Source: Methanomicrobia archaeon (GTDB taxonomy: Archaea; Halobacteriota; Bog-38; Methanoflorentales; Methanoflorentaceae). From it: a stretch of DNA of 64,000 nucleotides. Below the pieces are notes generated by a model, which worked only from the letters and a program-made list of their open reading frames with translations, was not told the DNA's origin and did not search any database. A program made the position numbers and the translations under genes. The stretch lies in contig JACTTZ010000006.1 of assembly GCA_015660915.1 (NCBI GenBank), positions 16,370 to 80,369 on the forward strand, written 5' to 3'. This document shows positions 30,608 to 40,704 of the stretch, one piece after another. Within the stretch, counting starts at the first letter, position 1, and every line of letters starts with the position of its first letter.

Positions 30608-32289
30608 CGCGACCCCATGTGCCGCACAACAACAGCGCCACCTCTTTTTGACGCTTGCATCTCCCAACCGCTCATCAGAGCTCTTCCGACTGCAATAACG
30701 CGATCGTTCACGACGATAACCTCATCGAAAGGCCGTATGCCCGGGTCGGCACTGAGCACACCGATCGCAAAAACCGTTCCTTTTGGTTGAAAGTCATCGA
30801 TCTGCACGCAATAGCTACCTTCACGTGCGCGCAGATACCGTCCAGCGCCTTCGATCGTTAGGGCAAGGGTCTGGTACGTGCCAGTGATAGTCGCAATGCG
30901 CCGTCCGCGGTCCGAGGCATAGTAGGTCGGAAAAAGCCCGCGGATTTTTGGAATCTCTGGGAAGATAGCCTCTGACGCGTGCGGGCCAAATTGAAAGTCA
31001 GCGAGATCCCGTATGTAATCAAACCGCAAATCGCGCCGCGCCGGAGAACACGCATCAATAAGCTCGTGAGCGACCGCGCTTAAGCGCTGGAGGGACGCAG
31101 AACTGAGGATGTTCTCATCGTTGACGGTATGAACGACCTCGATTCCCAATGAAGCAGCGGCAGCATCACAGATCTGTCGATAGGGACCACTCACGTGTGC
31201 AACGACGCTTTCAAAGGCATTGGTCGAAAGGTAGTGAGTGAGGCGCTCGGTCACCCACTCTCTCTCGTCGCACGTCCACGTGCCGGTGACCGGTATGTCG
31301 TAATTGCTTGCAGGGTACATAATCTCGAGGCTGCGTGGAACAACGCCGATGGGCGATGTGATTATGGCCTCGTTAAGATACTGGCGCAGCTTGTCGAGAC
31401 GTGCGAGGATAATCCTGTGAGACCGCGAGCGAGAGTACGGTTTTCGCGCAGAACACGGAAGCAGAAGGAGGATGCCATCTCTTCTCCGAAGGCGCTCGAT
31501 GACGCGCTCACTAAACCGGCGTACGTCAGGCCTGTTCAGAGATTCTTGGGAACACGCGAGCAGCGTGGCCTTCCGCACGATCGGCGACCGCCGCTCAAAG
31601 TAACTGTACTCGTTGTCGAGCAATCGCAAAAGCGCCGTTAGTCCGGGGGCTGCTCTGCATCTCCCCTCCACAAGCTCCCGCAGAGTTCCGCGTTCGACAT
31701 TCTCGGCTATCTTATTGAGCTCCGCTTTGAGGGCTTTTTTGTTGTGGTCAGATGCTAACGTCACCCTGTGCTCGAACGAGAGTTCCGACATGGTGGCGCC
31801 ATTGCAGGCGTTGCAGAAACAGGGCCGGCGCGAAACCTCGTCAAAACGCCGTTCGCCGTCGGCATCGAGAAAGTACCCTTCGCGTGCCTTAACCTCTGCC
31901 ATCACGGTATCAACAAGATCAACGCCCGCGTACACCAGCAAGCTCACGTTCGTTGGCGTTGCCAACGCCGGCACGTAAAGCGCTGAATCAGGATTTGCTA
32001 ATGCTCTAGCTTCCAAGAGCGCCTTGGTCAGCCCTCGTGGATCATCGCGGAATCGCGCTGCGCCTGCGAGGACGACGACATCTGCATCGACTTGTTCGGC
32101 GCTCGTTCCTTCTTGAGCAGCGATGACCGTTACGTCGATTTCAGCTTTGTGAATCGTCAGTTCCTTTAGGAACTGAAGTTCTTCCTTAGACTCGAAGCTA
32201 TGAGGCGTAAGGAGCTCTTCGCCTCGCCAGCTGAGCTTTCCTAAGCGGGCAGCACCGTCCCGGTGTGTTACCTCGAACAAGCGCGTCAT
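30604..32289 (-). CDS. arcS: Archaeosine synthase ArcS
   Basis: TGT-like N-terminus, LPCSARKPYSRSRSH, YDIPVTG.W, C-terminal PUA domain. Confidence 0.9.
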   Translation of the reverse strand: MTRLFEVTHRDGAARLGKLSWRGEELLTPHSFESKEELQFLKELTIHKAEIDVTVIAAQEGTSAEQVDADVVVLAGAARFRDDPRGLTKALLEARALANPDSALYVPALATPTNVSLLVYAGVDLVDTVMAEVKAREGYFLDADGERRFDEVSRRPCFCNACNGATMSELSFEHRVTLASDHNKKALKAELNKIAENVERGTLRELVEGRCRAAPGLTALLRLLDNEYSYFERRSPIVRKATLLACSQESLNRPDVRRFSERVIERLRRRDGILLLLPCSARKPYSRSRSHRIILARLDKLRQYLNEAIITSPIGVVPRSLEIMYPASNYDIPVTGTWTCDEREWVTERLTHYLSTNAFESVVAHVSGPYRQICDAAAASLGIEVVHTVNDENILSSASLQRLSAVAHELIDACSPARRDLRFDYIRDLADFQFGPHASEAIFPEIPKIRGLFPTYYASDRGRRIATITGTYQTLALTIEGAGRYLRAREGSYCVQIDDFQPKGTVFAIGVLSADPGIRPFDEVIVVNDRVIAVGRALMSGWEMQASKRGGAVVVRHMGSR

Positions 32290-32295
32290 GTTCCC

Positions 32296-33732
32296 TCACA
32301 AGGGTAAGAGCGTTGCGTAAGAGCTTAGCTCGACAAGGTCCTCGCGATTCCACCTATCATCATACGCGAAGGTTGCTTCAAGGTTTTTGGATCTGATTAG
32401 CTCTATCAGATTTCTTACAGCAGATTTGGTCGAGGCGTGATCTGGAGCGGGGACTTCAGACTGGCCGATAGGATACGTTTCTGCGAGCTCTTGCGGATAA
32501 GGACCAAAAGGGGCCTTCATTAGTAGGGTCGTATCAAATTCCTGTTCCATGTCTCGGGTCTTCTTCCTGTTTGTCGTAATGAGCACTCGGCCGGTCAGTT
32601 CAAGGTTGTTAAGCTTTTTTGAGAAGCGCGCTACGTCCGGCCGTTCGGCAGACTCCGTGCTCGTGTAGAGAAAAGAACACTTTAGCGGTTCGATGGCTTC
32701 AAAGGACGCGCAGCTTTTTTGGATCGTTCGCAGGGCTTGCAAAAGCGCGGGATACCGGCACCGCCTTTCAACCAGCTCCCAGAGTTGCCCGTCAACTATC
32801 GCTTGCTTTATCGTTTTAAGCTCAGCAAATGACACCCAAAGGTTATGCTCGGCAAGTTCCCGTTCCGTTAGCTTGGGGTCTCCAGCTGCGCATACTGGAC
32901 ATGAACACGGCAAATAAGCTAAGTCGCTGAGTTGGTGAGTGCCGCTTGCCGTCAGATAGCGCCCGGCTCTCGCGTAGAGTGCGTAGGCGGCTGAGTCGAA
33001 CAGGTCGCAGCCTAACGCTACTGCGAGAGCGAACATCATGGGATGTCCAGCGCCAAACAGATGAACGGGCTTGTTCAACGCCAATCCTGCCTTGCAAGCC
33101 ATAATAACGTTGCTCAGATCAGAATACCGATAGGATTCCATAAGCGGAACGACCGCACCGATAGGGTAGACGTCGGCATCAAGCGTGCTGAGCAGCCGCG
33201 CGTGCTGTTCTCTCAAGTCGAGGTGCGTCGACCCTTGGATAGGCGCTGCTAAGAGCATTTCGGCTCCACAGCACGTCATAGCCTCCCGAATCCGCTCCAG
33301 CGTCACGTTGAGTTCTCTGAGTGCCCGTTCAAACGGAACGTCAGGGGGGGTAGGTATATCAATTGGAGTTCCGATGTCTGATCCTATGTCGCGCTGGAAA
33401 GCCACTATCTCTTCTGAGCGAACTTCTATGCTCCCATAGGTGGAGAGTTGAAATGATCCCGAATCAGTCATAATCGGCCCGTCAAATCCGAGCAACTGGT
33501 GGATACCTCCCGAGAGCGCCGCTTCCTTTAAACGGGTATTCCGGTAGACGATATACGCGTTTGTTATGAGCGCTACGGCCCCAAACTGACGCATCTCATC
33601 AGGTGCAACGAGCGCCGCGTTCGGGTTTACAACCGGCAGCAGGGCCGGCGTTTCGATCGGTCCATGCGGCGTCGTTAGCTTGCCAATACGCCCGAATACG
33701 TCTTTGTGCGTTATTTCAAATCGATCAGGCAT
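32296..33732 (-). CDS. tgtA: tRNA-guanine(15) transglycosylase ArcTGT
   Basis: MTDSGSFQL, HLFGAGHP, DLFDSAAY, CSCPVC...HN. Confidence 0.93.
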   Translation of the reverse strand: MPDRFEITHKDVFGRIGKLTTPHGPIETPALLPVVNPNAALVAPDEMRQFGAVALITNAYIVYRNTRLKEAALSGGIHQLLGFDGPIMTDSGSFQLSTYGSIEVRSEEIVAFQRDIGSDIGTPIDIPTPPDVPFERALRELNVTLERIREAMTCCGAEMLLAAPIQGSTHLDLREQHARLLSTLDADVYPIGAVVPLMESYRYSDLSNVIMACKAGLALNKPVHLFGAGHPMMFALAVALGCDLFDSAAYALYARAGRYLTASGTHQLSDLAYLPCSCPVCAAGDPKLTERELAEHNLWVSFAELKTIKQAIVDGQLWELVERRCRYPALLQALRTIQKSCASFEAIEPLKCSFLYTSTESAERPDVARFSKKLNNLELTGRVLITTNRKKTRDMEQEFDTTLLMKAPFGPYPQELAETYPIGQSEVPAPDHASTKSAVRNLIELIRSKNLEATFAYDDRWNREDLVELSSYATLLPL

Positions 33733-34303
33733 CGCCACCTCGTGGCATGACGATGATCTCCCTGATGCGGGCATCGAAAAAGTTGTTCATGTGTGCTGGA
33801 CGTATCACTACGGCAGTGTCAGAACCACTGCCCGTGCCACCGACGGCGATAACGTCTTCAATAGGTATTGCGCCGGCATCAGCTGCCATGATCGTGATCT
33901 CCACGCACACTTTGAGTCCGTGTCCGAGGAGGGAGCGGAGAGCTTCTGCGATGGTCTCAACGCGTGAAATGCCGCCGAACTTCCGAGAAATACTCCTTTC
34001 AACTCCTGAAAGCACGTGAGATTGGGTCAATACCGTGACTCCTTGCCTTTCGAGCATCGTTCGTTTTTCCGCGTCAAAACGCTGTGTGCCCTCTTGACTA
34101 AAGCCCGTATGGTGCGTGACAACGATCAGCTCTGCTTTGTTTTCGAGCGCAGCTGCAAATTTCACCGCGGTGGCACCTGTCGTGCTAGCTACGATAACGC
34201 GCTCGAGGCCGCTCCGGGCGATGTAGGCCGTGACGGCGTCGATGACATCGTCCGTGTTTTGAGGGCCGGGCCTCTCCAGATAAATAATTTGTTCTTTTCG
34301 CAT
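33725..34303 (-). CDS. Pyruvate-kinase C-terminal-like protein (COG1751)
   Basis: PGPQNT, VASTTG, GLKVCVEITIMAADAG. Confidence 0.85.
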   Translation of the reverse strand: MRKEQIIYLERPGPQNTDDVIDAVTAYIARSGLERVIVASTTGATAVKFAAALENKAELIVVTHHTGFSQEGTQRFDAEKRTMLERQGVTVLTQSHVLSGVERSISRKFGGISRVETIAEALRSLLGHGLKVCVEITIMAADAGAIPIEDVIAVGGTGSGSDTAVVIRPAHMNNFFDARIREIIVMPRGGDA

Positions 34304-34343
34304 TGCGCATCCATCTCTTAAGCCCACAAAGAGAAGCTCAGCG

Positions 34344-34913
34344 TCAGGACCCGCGGGTTTTCACCACATCTTTGAGGATTCCGAGCGTCTCTCTCGAGAA
34401 CATATCGGCAATATCTCGTCCGATTGTCAGGCTTTCGTCTGGTTCGATGCCGAATGAGGTTAGGCTTGTGATAGCGACACCTTTAGGCGTGCCGCTTGTT
34501 GTGACGTTAATCCCAAGATGCATCTTCTCGCTGGCTATGCTTGCCGTCGCAATGCTCACGGTGAGCTTTTCGTCTGCAATGTAGAGATCATCACCAGATC
34601 TCGTCGTCTCAATGCCGTACATGTTGAGTACGGCTTGCGCGGAAATAACGAGTAATCGCTGTAATAGGTAGGATATGAACATGTTTCCAGGACTATCAAA
34701 GCGTTCAACAATGAGGTGGAGCACATCGTCGCCGGTTATTTTCATTTTTCCGCGAATATCCTCGCAGTCTTTCATGCGTTCTTCCGAGACGTCCATGCCA
34801 CCCCGAAAAACGACAATGCAATCGCCGAGTATGCCGTAGTGTTTGTAACCCCACAATGGTTCTATTTGCGATCCATCGTAAAATACGGGATCTTCTATGA
34901 CCTCAACGAGCAT
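34344..34913 (-). CDS. DUF366-family protein
   Basis: YDGSQI, GDDLY..KLTVSIAT, HLGINV. Confidence 0.82.
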   Translation of the reverse strand: MLVEVIEDPVFYDGSQIEPLWGYKHYGILGDCIVVFRGGMDVSEERMKDCEDIRGKMKITGDDVLHLIVERFDSPGNMFISYLLQRLLVISAQAVLNMYGIETTRSGDDLYIADEKLTVSIATASIASEKMHLGINVTTSGTPKGVAITSLTSFGIEPDESLTIGRDIADMFSRETLGILKDVVKTRGS

Positions 34914-34994
34914 ACCTCATAGTCTTTTTCTGCACTTAAATAGTAATGGTTGCAAGGTTAACAGATATAAGACTTCGAAACAAACCTAGTTGTA

Positions 34995-35732
34995 GTGAAG
35001 ATTATTGGCTTTTCGTCTCTGAATAAGACGCTACTGGCATACCCCTCGATGGAGCTGCTGCCGCTCGCACATAATCTGTCGCTTGGGGTAGGACGGCGAA
35101 CCTGTATCGGCAGGTGGCAGGCTGGCGTCTATCATCCGTGCGATAGCGTAGAAATCCCGGCGTGCGGGAGCTGCCGGGAGTTTAACGCCTGCGCAATCTG
35201 CACCGGGACGTGCTTGAAGGACGAAAAAACGTGTTTAGAGGAGCATGCGGTATACATCGCCATGTTCAGGCCCGACATTTTCAAGATCGGTGTAACGAAA
35301 GCCAGCCGCCTAACTGACCGGCTGCGAGAGCAAGGTGCCGACGTCGCTGCAGTAGCGGACTATATCTCAGATGGCGAACTAGCTCGAAGGCGCGAGCGTG
35401 AACTGCAGAAGCGTTACGGGATCAACGGGACCGTCCGCCATTCGCAAAAAATGCACGTTGACACTGAACTCGATTGGACAGCGTGGGAAGCAATGAAAGC
35501 TAAGATGGACGTTCACGATGAGATTAAGCTCCGCTATTTTGATTTGCCGCTCTGGATGCGGCCCTTGCCGGTGAAAGATATGCTCCTGGGCCGCGTCATT
35601 GGCGTAAAGGGGCGGCTCGTCGTCTTAGAAAAAGATGGGACTCTTTACGGCTTTGACCTCAATCACATCCTAGGCGCTGAGATATTTCCGATTAGAAGCT
35701 CAAAGAGGCAAATAGCGCTAAACACGTCCTGA
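34995..35732 (+). CDS. DUF2797-family protein
   Basis: Cys-rich N-terminus, H.VY, KIGVT, RLREQGA. Confidence 0.78.
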   Translation: MKIIGFSSLNKTLLAYPSMELLPLAHNLSLGVGRRTCIGRWQAGVYHPCDSVEIPACGSCREFNACAICTGTCLKDEKTCLEEHAVYIAMFRPDIFKIGVTKASRLTDRLREQGADVAAVADYISDGELARRRERELQKRYGINGTVRHSQKMHVDTELDWTAWEAMKAKMDVHDEIKLRYFDLPLWMRPLPVKDMLLGRVIGVKGRLVVLEKDGTLYGFDLNHILGAEIFPIRSSKRQIALNTS

Positions 35733-36041
35733 AGTCACTCTTTCAGATTCAATTGCTCGTAGTTTTTCGCTGTATCACAACCTCGTGCTGTTTTAATCAT
35801 CGGGACATGCTGTTTTTGACAAGTTGATGGGCTGCTCGTAGAGGTGGTCACAGAAAAGCTGTGATTAAGCCGCCTGCCATTTTTACCCGCTCAGGGACGA
35901 AAGCAATAGCCTCGCCTGAGGACGTTCTCTCCAACGTCGCTGCAAAGGTCAGCAGCTAAGTCAAATTCACGCTAATGAATTCTAGAGCTGTAGGTGTACC
36001 GCTGAATTGTCTCTCTACCGATCGATAATGACGATTCCAGC

Positions 36042-36605
36042 TTATTCTGGCTGGAAGTCATCCAGTGAATACTGGAGCAAAGAGGGGGGGTACGTTATGT
36101 GGGCGCCCTCAACTTTTGCAAATGGGGTAAGTTCGTGAGTCGCCGAACGAGAAGCGTTCAAAATATGCACAACCGTCCATCCAAGCGCCAAAAGATAGTC
36201 TGCGATAATCCGACGATGGCAACGCGTCCAAAGGACTTCAGCGCACATTAAGGCGACGGTTTTTTGTGTGGCAAGGGAGGTGACTTCAGTCAAGGCGTCA
36301 GAAAAAGCGTCAGTTAGCGCATAATCCGCATAGTTCTTGAAACTTTTCACCCTCCACGCAGTGTTTGGCGAATCTGTCGACGTCTGCGGTCTGAAACCCC
36401 CAAGTGCTTCTCCCATCCAGCAATATTGAATATTTGACCGCGGTAGCTCATATTCAAGCACTTCCTTGTTGAAGTGAGGATTAGCGAGTGAGTGCGGATG
36501 GCTGCGCACGTCGATTACCGTTCGAACGGCATAATGCGATAAAACCGAAATGAATTCCTGTTGCGATCGATTCGAATGCCCCACGGAGTAGATCACCATC
36601 ATCAA
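36042..36605 (-). CDS. DUF488-family protein
   Basis: SVGHSNR, IDVRSHP, LMCAE..RCHR. Confidence 0.85.
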   Translation of the reverse strand: MMMVIYSVGHSNRSQQEFISVLSHYAVRTVIDVRSHPHSLANPHFNKEVLEYELPRSNIQYCWMGEALGGFRPQTSTDSPNTAWRVKSFKNYADYALTDAFSDALTEVTSLATQKTVALMCAEVLWTRCHRRIIADYLLALGWTVVHILNASRSATHELTPFAKVEGAHITYPPSLLQYSLDDFQPE

Positions 36606-36873
36606 GCTCCGCCTGTACTACTAGTTGTGCGATAAAGATTCTTTGCATTTGCTCTTAAGGAGCCTGCATTCATTGACAGGATAGACTGCAGATCACGCGT
36701 AAATCAGTCGCACAACCAGCTTGGAAGCTCGCAAATCTTATATCAGTGGCGCGCTCATCAGTTGTACGAAATATCAACGGCTTCTAAACCCACGGAATAA
36801 GTAGTGAAAGCCTCTCTGCGGCGGCCACGCTTGTCTGCGGCAGAAGTCGTGAGGTGCGAAATGGGAGTTGCGT

Positions 36874-37098
36874 ATGAAGGTGCCAAACACCGAATTTAAC
36901 AGGAAGAATTGCATTTGTGATAAAGGCGATTGTCTGACGTACACTGAGAACGCGCTAACTGATACGCTTTTTTGTGCTATCGGTAAAAGTCCGAAAAATC
37001 CACGACGCGTCAGATGTCCATGTGGCGTGTGTCCCGTATTGGCAATGTTTGACCTCGGCGATGCCTACTACTGTATAGAAGGCGCAGCTAAAGAGTAG
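36874..37098 (+). CDS. DUF2769-like Cys-rich small protein
   Basis: CIC..C..Y, LFCAIGKS, CPCGVCPV, YYC. Confidence 0.72.
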   Translation: MKVPNTEFNRKNCICDKGDCLTYTENALTDTLFCAIGKSPKNPRRVRCPCGVCPVLAMFDLGDAYYCIEGAAKE

Positions 37099-37118
37099 CG
37101 AAGCTTTTTTAACGCCAA

Positions 37119-37592
37119 ATGTCGCCGGATACAGCGCGGAGCGATCAGCCCTTGATCGACTCCAAAAAGAGATCTGTCGAAGAGAGAAATCGGGCAATTG
37201 TGCTGCGTAACTTTCGAGCATTCGATTCAGGCGATTTGCGGACGCTCGAAGAGACAACTGCGCCGAGTTTTGTCGATCATAACCCTCTGGAGGGTCAGTT
37301 GCCGGGTGTCAAGGGCACGACGCAAGCCAGTGCGATCTATCGTACGGCCTTTCCTGATGCAAAAATCTTCGTCGAGGACACGATCGCAGAGGCTGATAAG
37401 GTGGTCATCCGATGGTCAGGATACGCGACACACAAGGGGCCTTTCTTAGATGTCGCTGCCACTAACAAACGGGTGACTCTGCAAGGAATCACCATTTTCC
37501 GCGTCGTGAAGGGGAGAGTCGCGGAGCAGTGGGGCGAGCTTAACTTGTTAAGTATCCTGCGACAGCTTGGTGCCTTTAGTCTTGACCGGTGA
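37119..37592 (+). CDS. SnoaL-like ester cyclase
   Basis: AFPD, IAEADKVVIRW, THKGPF, EQW. Confidence 0.85.
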   Translation: MSPDTARSDQPLIDSKKRSVEERNRAIVLRNFRAFDSGDLRTLEETTAPSFVDHNPLEGQLPGVKGTTQASAIYRTAFPDAKIFVEDTIAEADKVVIRWSGYATHKGPFLDVAATNKRVTLQGITIFRVVKGRVAEQWGELNLLSILRQLGAFSLDR

Positions 37593-37764
37593 TTGCAGGA
37601 GTAACGCGCGATAGAAGCGGTAATCCTGACTGCAATAGAGAGAACAGCTATATCACCTCCACCACTAACTTCGGTAACACACTTCGTGGAGGGAGTTTAG
37701 ATGACAGTCGAAGAAAACAAACGATTAATGAAAACGTTAGATGTCGCGTGTTGCTTCTAAATAG

Positions 37765-38421
37765 CTACCGTTGAATTTGGGCTAAGCGAACTCCCATGTC
37801 AAAAGCTTTTTGACAATCTTTTGGAAATTCTTCTGTTCGTCTCTTTGCTTTCTCTTGGACATCAAATAATGTTGACTCATACTTAGAATAATCATCAAAT
37901 TGATAGGTATCGGTAACAAACAGCGATTCCGATTCCCCGAAGATCCTCTTCATTACCATTTCAACAATATTGAGAGACTGATCATAGCCCATCAGTTTCA
38001 TCCGGTCTTCTTTCGCACCCATCGTGTAAATTAAACCCGTCTTGATCCTCCTCTTAAAAAGCGTTGAGTGGTTTGGATCATACACCAAGTACGGGAATAT
38101 CAGCCGTTCCATGAAGGATCTCATCTCGCCGGTCGCTGTTCCTAGGTAGATGGGAGAGCCCAAGATAATGGCATGAGCTTCCTCAGCTTTTTTGAGAATT
38201 GGTGTCAAATCATCGTTTACGGCGCACCTGCCATAGCTCTCGCCATTTTTCAATTTGCAGGCAAAACAACTAATGCAGCCTTTAAAATTGAGTTTATAAA
38301 GATGAACGAGTTCGGTCTCTGCTCCCTGTGAAGCTGCTCCTTCAAGCGCATTATTCAATAAGGTTGCGGTATTGCATTTAGTTCTCGGACTTCCGTTTAT
38401 TGCTAAAACTTTCACAGACAT
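37765..38421 (-). CDS. Iron-sulfur flavoprotein / flavodoxin family
   Basis: INGSPR..NT, GCISCFACK..C, GSPIY. Confidence 0.88.
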   Translation of the reverse strand: MSVKVLAINGSPRTKCNTATLLNNALEGAASQGAETELVHLYKLNFKGCISCFACKLKNGESYGRCAVNDDLTPILKKAEEAHAIILGSPIYLGTATGEMRSFMERLIFPYLVYDPNHSTLFKRRIKTGLIYTMGAKEDRMKLMGYDQSLNIVEMVMKRIFGESESLFVTDTYQFDDYSKYESTLFDVQEKAKRRTEEFPKDCQKAFDMGVRLAQIQR

Positions 38422-38623
38422 TGCGTCTCCCTCATAATGATTTAGCGTTTTGTTTATACGAGCGTGTGTGTCTGAACATTGACTTAAACTCACACGCCGT
38501 GCTTTTTGCAGATGTTACGCCGCCTCAAAAGGGTGTTTGAAAGCCACTATCCCAAAAAGCTTGATCGTTAATCTGAAGGACGTAACAAAAATACTAAGTA
38601 GGGGGTGACTGCACCTAGCAAGG

Positions 38624-39100
38624 ATGAAAACCATCGACATCGTCAAGCTGCTCATATCTCTCGCCGTGCCTTTGTTGACCGGTTTCGGATCTACGGTGTT
38701 CACGATCAACTCAATCCCCACATGGTATGCTTCGCTGAACAAGCCTTGGTTCAGCCCTCCAAACGTGGTATTCGCTCCGGTCTGGACGACCTTATACATA
38801 CTGATGGGCGTGGCGTTGTTCCTCATATGGCGTTCACCGCGAAATCGTACGAGGGATACAGGGATCGCCCTTTTTGCAGCACAGCTTGCAGTGAACGTTA
38901 TCTGGACGTTCGCGTTTTTTGGACTGCAAAATACACTCTACGGCTTGCTTAGCATTATCCCGCTTTGGATTTTGATTGCTGCTACTATCTACCAGTTCTA
39001 CAAAGTTGAAAGGTGGGCCTCATACCTTTTGGTGCCTTACATTGCGTGGGTGAGCATCGCCACTGCCCTGAATGCGGCGGTCTACCTGCTGAACCGCTGA
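38624..39100 (+). CDS. tspO: TspO/MBR-family protein
   Basis: WYASLNKPWFSPP, VWTTLY, PYIAWVSIATALN. Confidence 0.9.
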   Translation: MKTIDIVKLLISLAVPLLTGFGSTVFTINSIPTWYASLNKPWFSPPNVVFAPVWTTLYILMGVALFLIWRSPRNRTRDTGIALFAAQLAVNVIWTFAFFGLQNTLYGLLSIIPLWILIAATIYQFYKVERWASYLLVPYIAWVSIATALNAAVYLLNR

Positions 39101-39112
39101 AGAAACCCTTGA

Positions 39113-39173
39113 GCCAGATTAAAGAAGAAAAAGATGCTATTTTTTTAATAGACTCCGTCTCAGCGAGGCGGAG
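39113..39173. repeat. Dispersed ~60-bp repeat ending in a GC hairpin, copy 1
   Basis: GCCAGATTAAAGAAGAAAAAG...CTCCGTCTCAGCGAGGCGGAG; second copy at 57549-57611. Confidence 0.8.
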
Positions 39174-39367
39174 GTCATTTAGGTTCACGCCAGTTTTGGT
39201 CTTTGAACAGCTATTGTTCCCCTAAGACGCAACTTAGCGTTTTGAACAAGTGAGTCACTCGGCTACGCATTCAGCGCGTCATTTCAAATTGCGGCACATT
39301 TTGTCTTGATCTCAGTTGTTAAGACAGTTGCAACACTACACCCTAGCGTCGATATGCATCGACCTGC

Positions 39368-39438
39368 GCCGATATGGCGGAACGGCTACGCAGCCGCCTG
39401 CAGAGCGGCTCATCCCGGTTCGATTCCGGGTGTCGGCT
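39368..39438 (+). tRNA. tRNA-Cys(GCA)
   Basis: GCCGATA/TGTCGGC acceptor stem, GCCGC-CTGCAGA-GCGGC anticodon arm (G37), U73 discriminator. Confidence 0.94.
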
Positions 39439-39570
39439 TCGTGATTTCGCGACTGTTTATCCCAGGGGCAGCAACTCAAACTCTCGAAGTGGTACAATGA
39501 CAGAGGGCGAGTCAATCGGGGATATGTTGTTCCGGAAGTGCAGTTAACCACTCGTTATTGGGGGGGCTTG

Positions 39571-40566
39571 ATGAAAGACACGGGAAGCGACTTCTGGGGA
39601 GGGAAAAGATGCTTGGTAACTGGGGGATATGGCTTTGGCGGTTCCCATTTGTGTCAGCAACTATTAGAAAAAGGAGCCAGAGTTTATGTGCTGGATCGCG
39701 AGACTCCAACTAATTCGTATTTGGTACTAACGGGACTGGCCAGTAGCATTCATTATATTTGCGGGGACGTGAGAGACCTAGAACTTCTTAAAATCAGTCT
39801 CGAACGCTTTGAGATTGATACGGTCTTTCATCTTGCCGCTCAACCGGTCGTGCCAATCAGCAATGTCCATCCGTATGAGGTACTTTCTGTAAACGTCATG
39901 GGAACATACTCTGTTTTGGAAGCAGTCAGAAATTCTACATGTGCTAAAAATCTAGTCTTTGCTTCCAGCGGAGCATTTTATGGTACGACCACCCAGCATG
40001 AGCCAATTAGCGAAGATTCCCCCCCTCTTGTAGCTGCAAATATTTATACTCCGTCTAAAGTTGCTGGTGACATCGCTGTCCGGTGCTATGCAAAAACCTA
40101 CGGAATGAAGGCAGCAGTATGTCGCTTCATTAACACCTACGGACCGGGAAATACTAATTTTAGCACAATCGTTCCTACGGCCATTGCCAATATTATTACC
40201 GATCGTCCTTTTGATTTTGGAGCACGAGATGATGGTACCTCAACCTTCGATTATCTTAACATTCGGGATATGACTAGAGGTTATTTGGCAGTGGCAGAAA
40301 ATATGGACGTCGCCTCCGGCGAAGCTTTCAATTTCGGCGGGGGGTACCCTATATCAGTCAGGGATCTAGTTCAATTGATTAGCCGTCTCTACGATGGGCA
40401 AGAGAGAGAACCAGCGTTTCACGGTCCGAAAAAAGCCACTCCAACATTCAAACGTTTGGACACTAACAAAGCCCGTAGGGTATTAGGATGGCAAACATCT
40501 ATTTCGCTGGAAGATGGATTAAAGGAAACCATCGATTGGTACAAGCGTTTTTGGACAGAGCTATGA
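39571..40566 (+). CDS. NDP-sugar dehydratase/epimerase (extended SDR)
   Basis: TGGYGFGG, FHLAAQ, YTPSK. Confidence 0.88.
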   Translation: MKDTGSDFWGGKRCLVTGGYGFGGSHLCQQLLEKGARVYVLDRETPTNSYLVLTGLASSIHYICGDVRDLELLKISLERFEIDTVFHLAAQPVVPISNVHPYEVLSVNVMGTYSVLEAVRNSTCAKNLVFASSGAFYGTTTQHEPISEDSPPLVAANIYTPSKVAGDIAVRCYAKTYGMKAAVCRFINTYGPGNTNFSTIVPTAIANIITDRPFDFGARDDGTSTFDYLNIRDMTRGYLAVAENMDVASGEAFNFGGGYPISVRDLVQLISRLYDGQEREPAFHGPKKATPTFKRLDTNKARRVLGWQTSISLEDGLKETIDWYKRFWTEL

Positions 40567-40704
40567 ATTAGTAATCGGCAAATCACCATTGATCTGCTGG
40601 ACAATCAACATTTGAGGAGTAAGTATACCCTTCCCGCAGCGCATAACATTAGCGTCGTATTTTGTGCGTGTTTAGCTTCATTGACGCTTTTGGAGGACTA
40701 ACTA

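Noticed and set aside
39368-39438. tRNA-Cys as an integration site for the downstream accessory region
   Set aside because: No duplicated tRNA 3' end and no integrase seen in the window.
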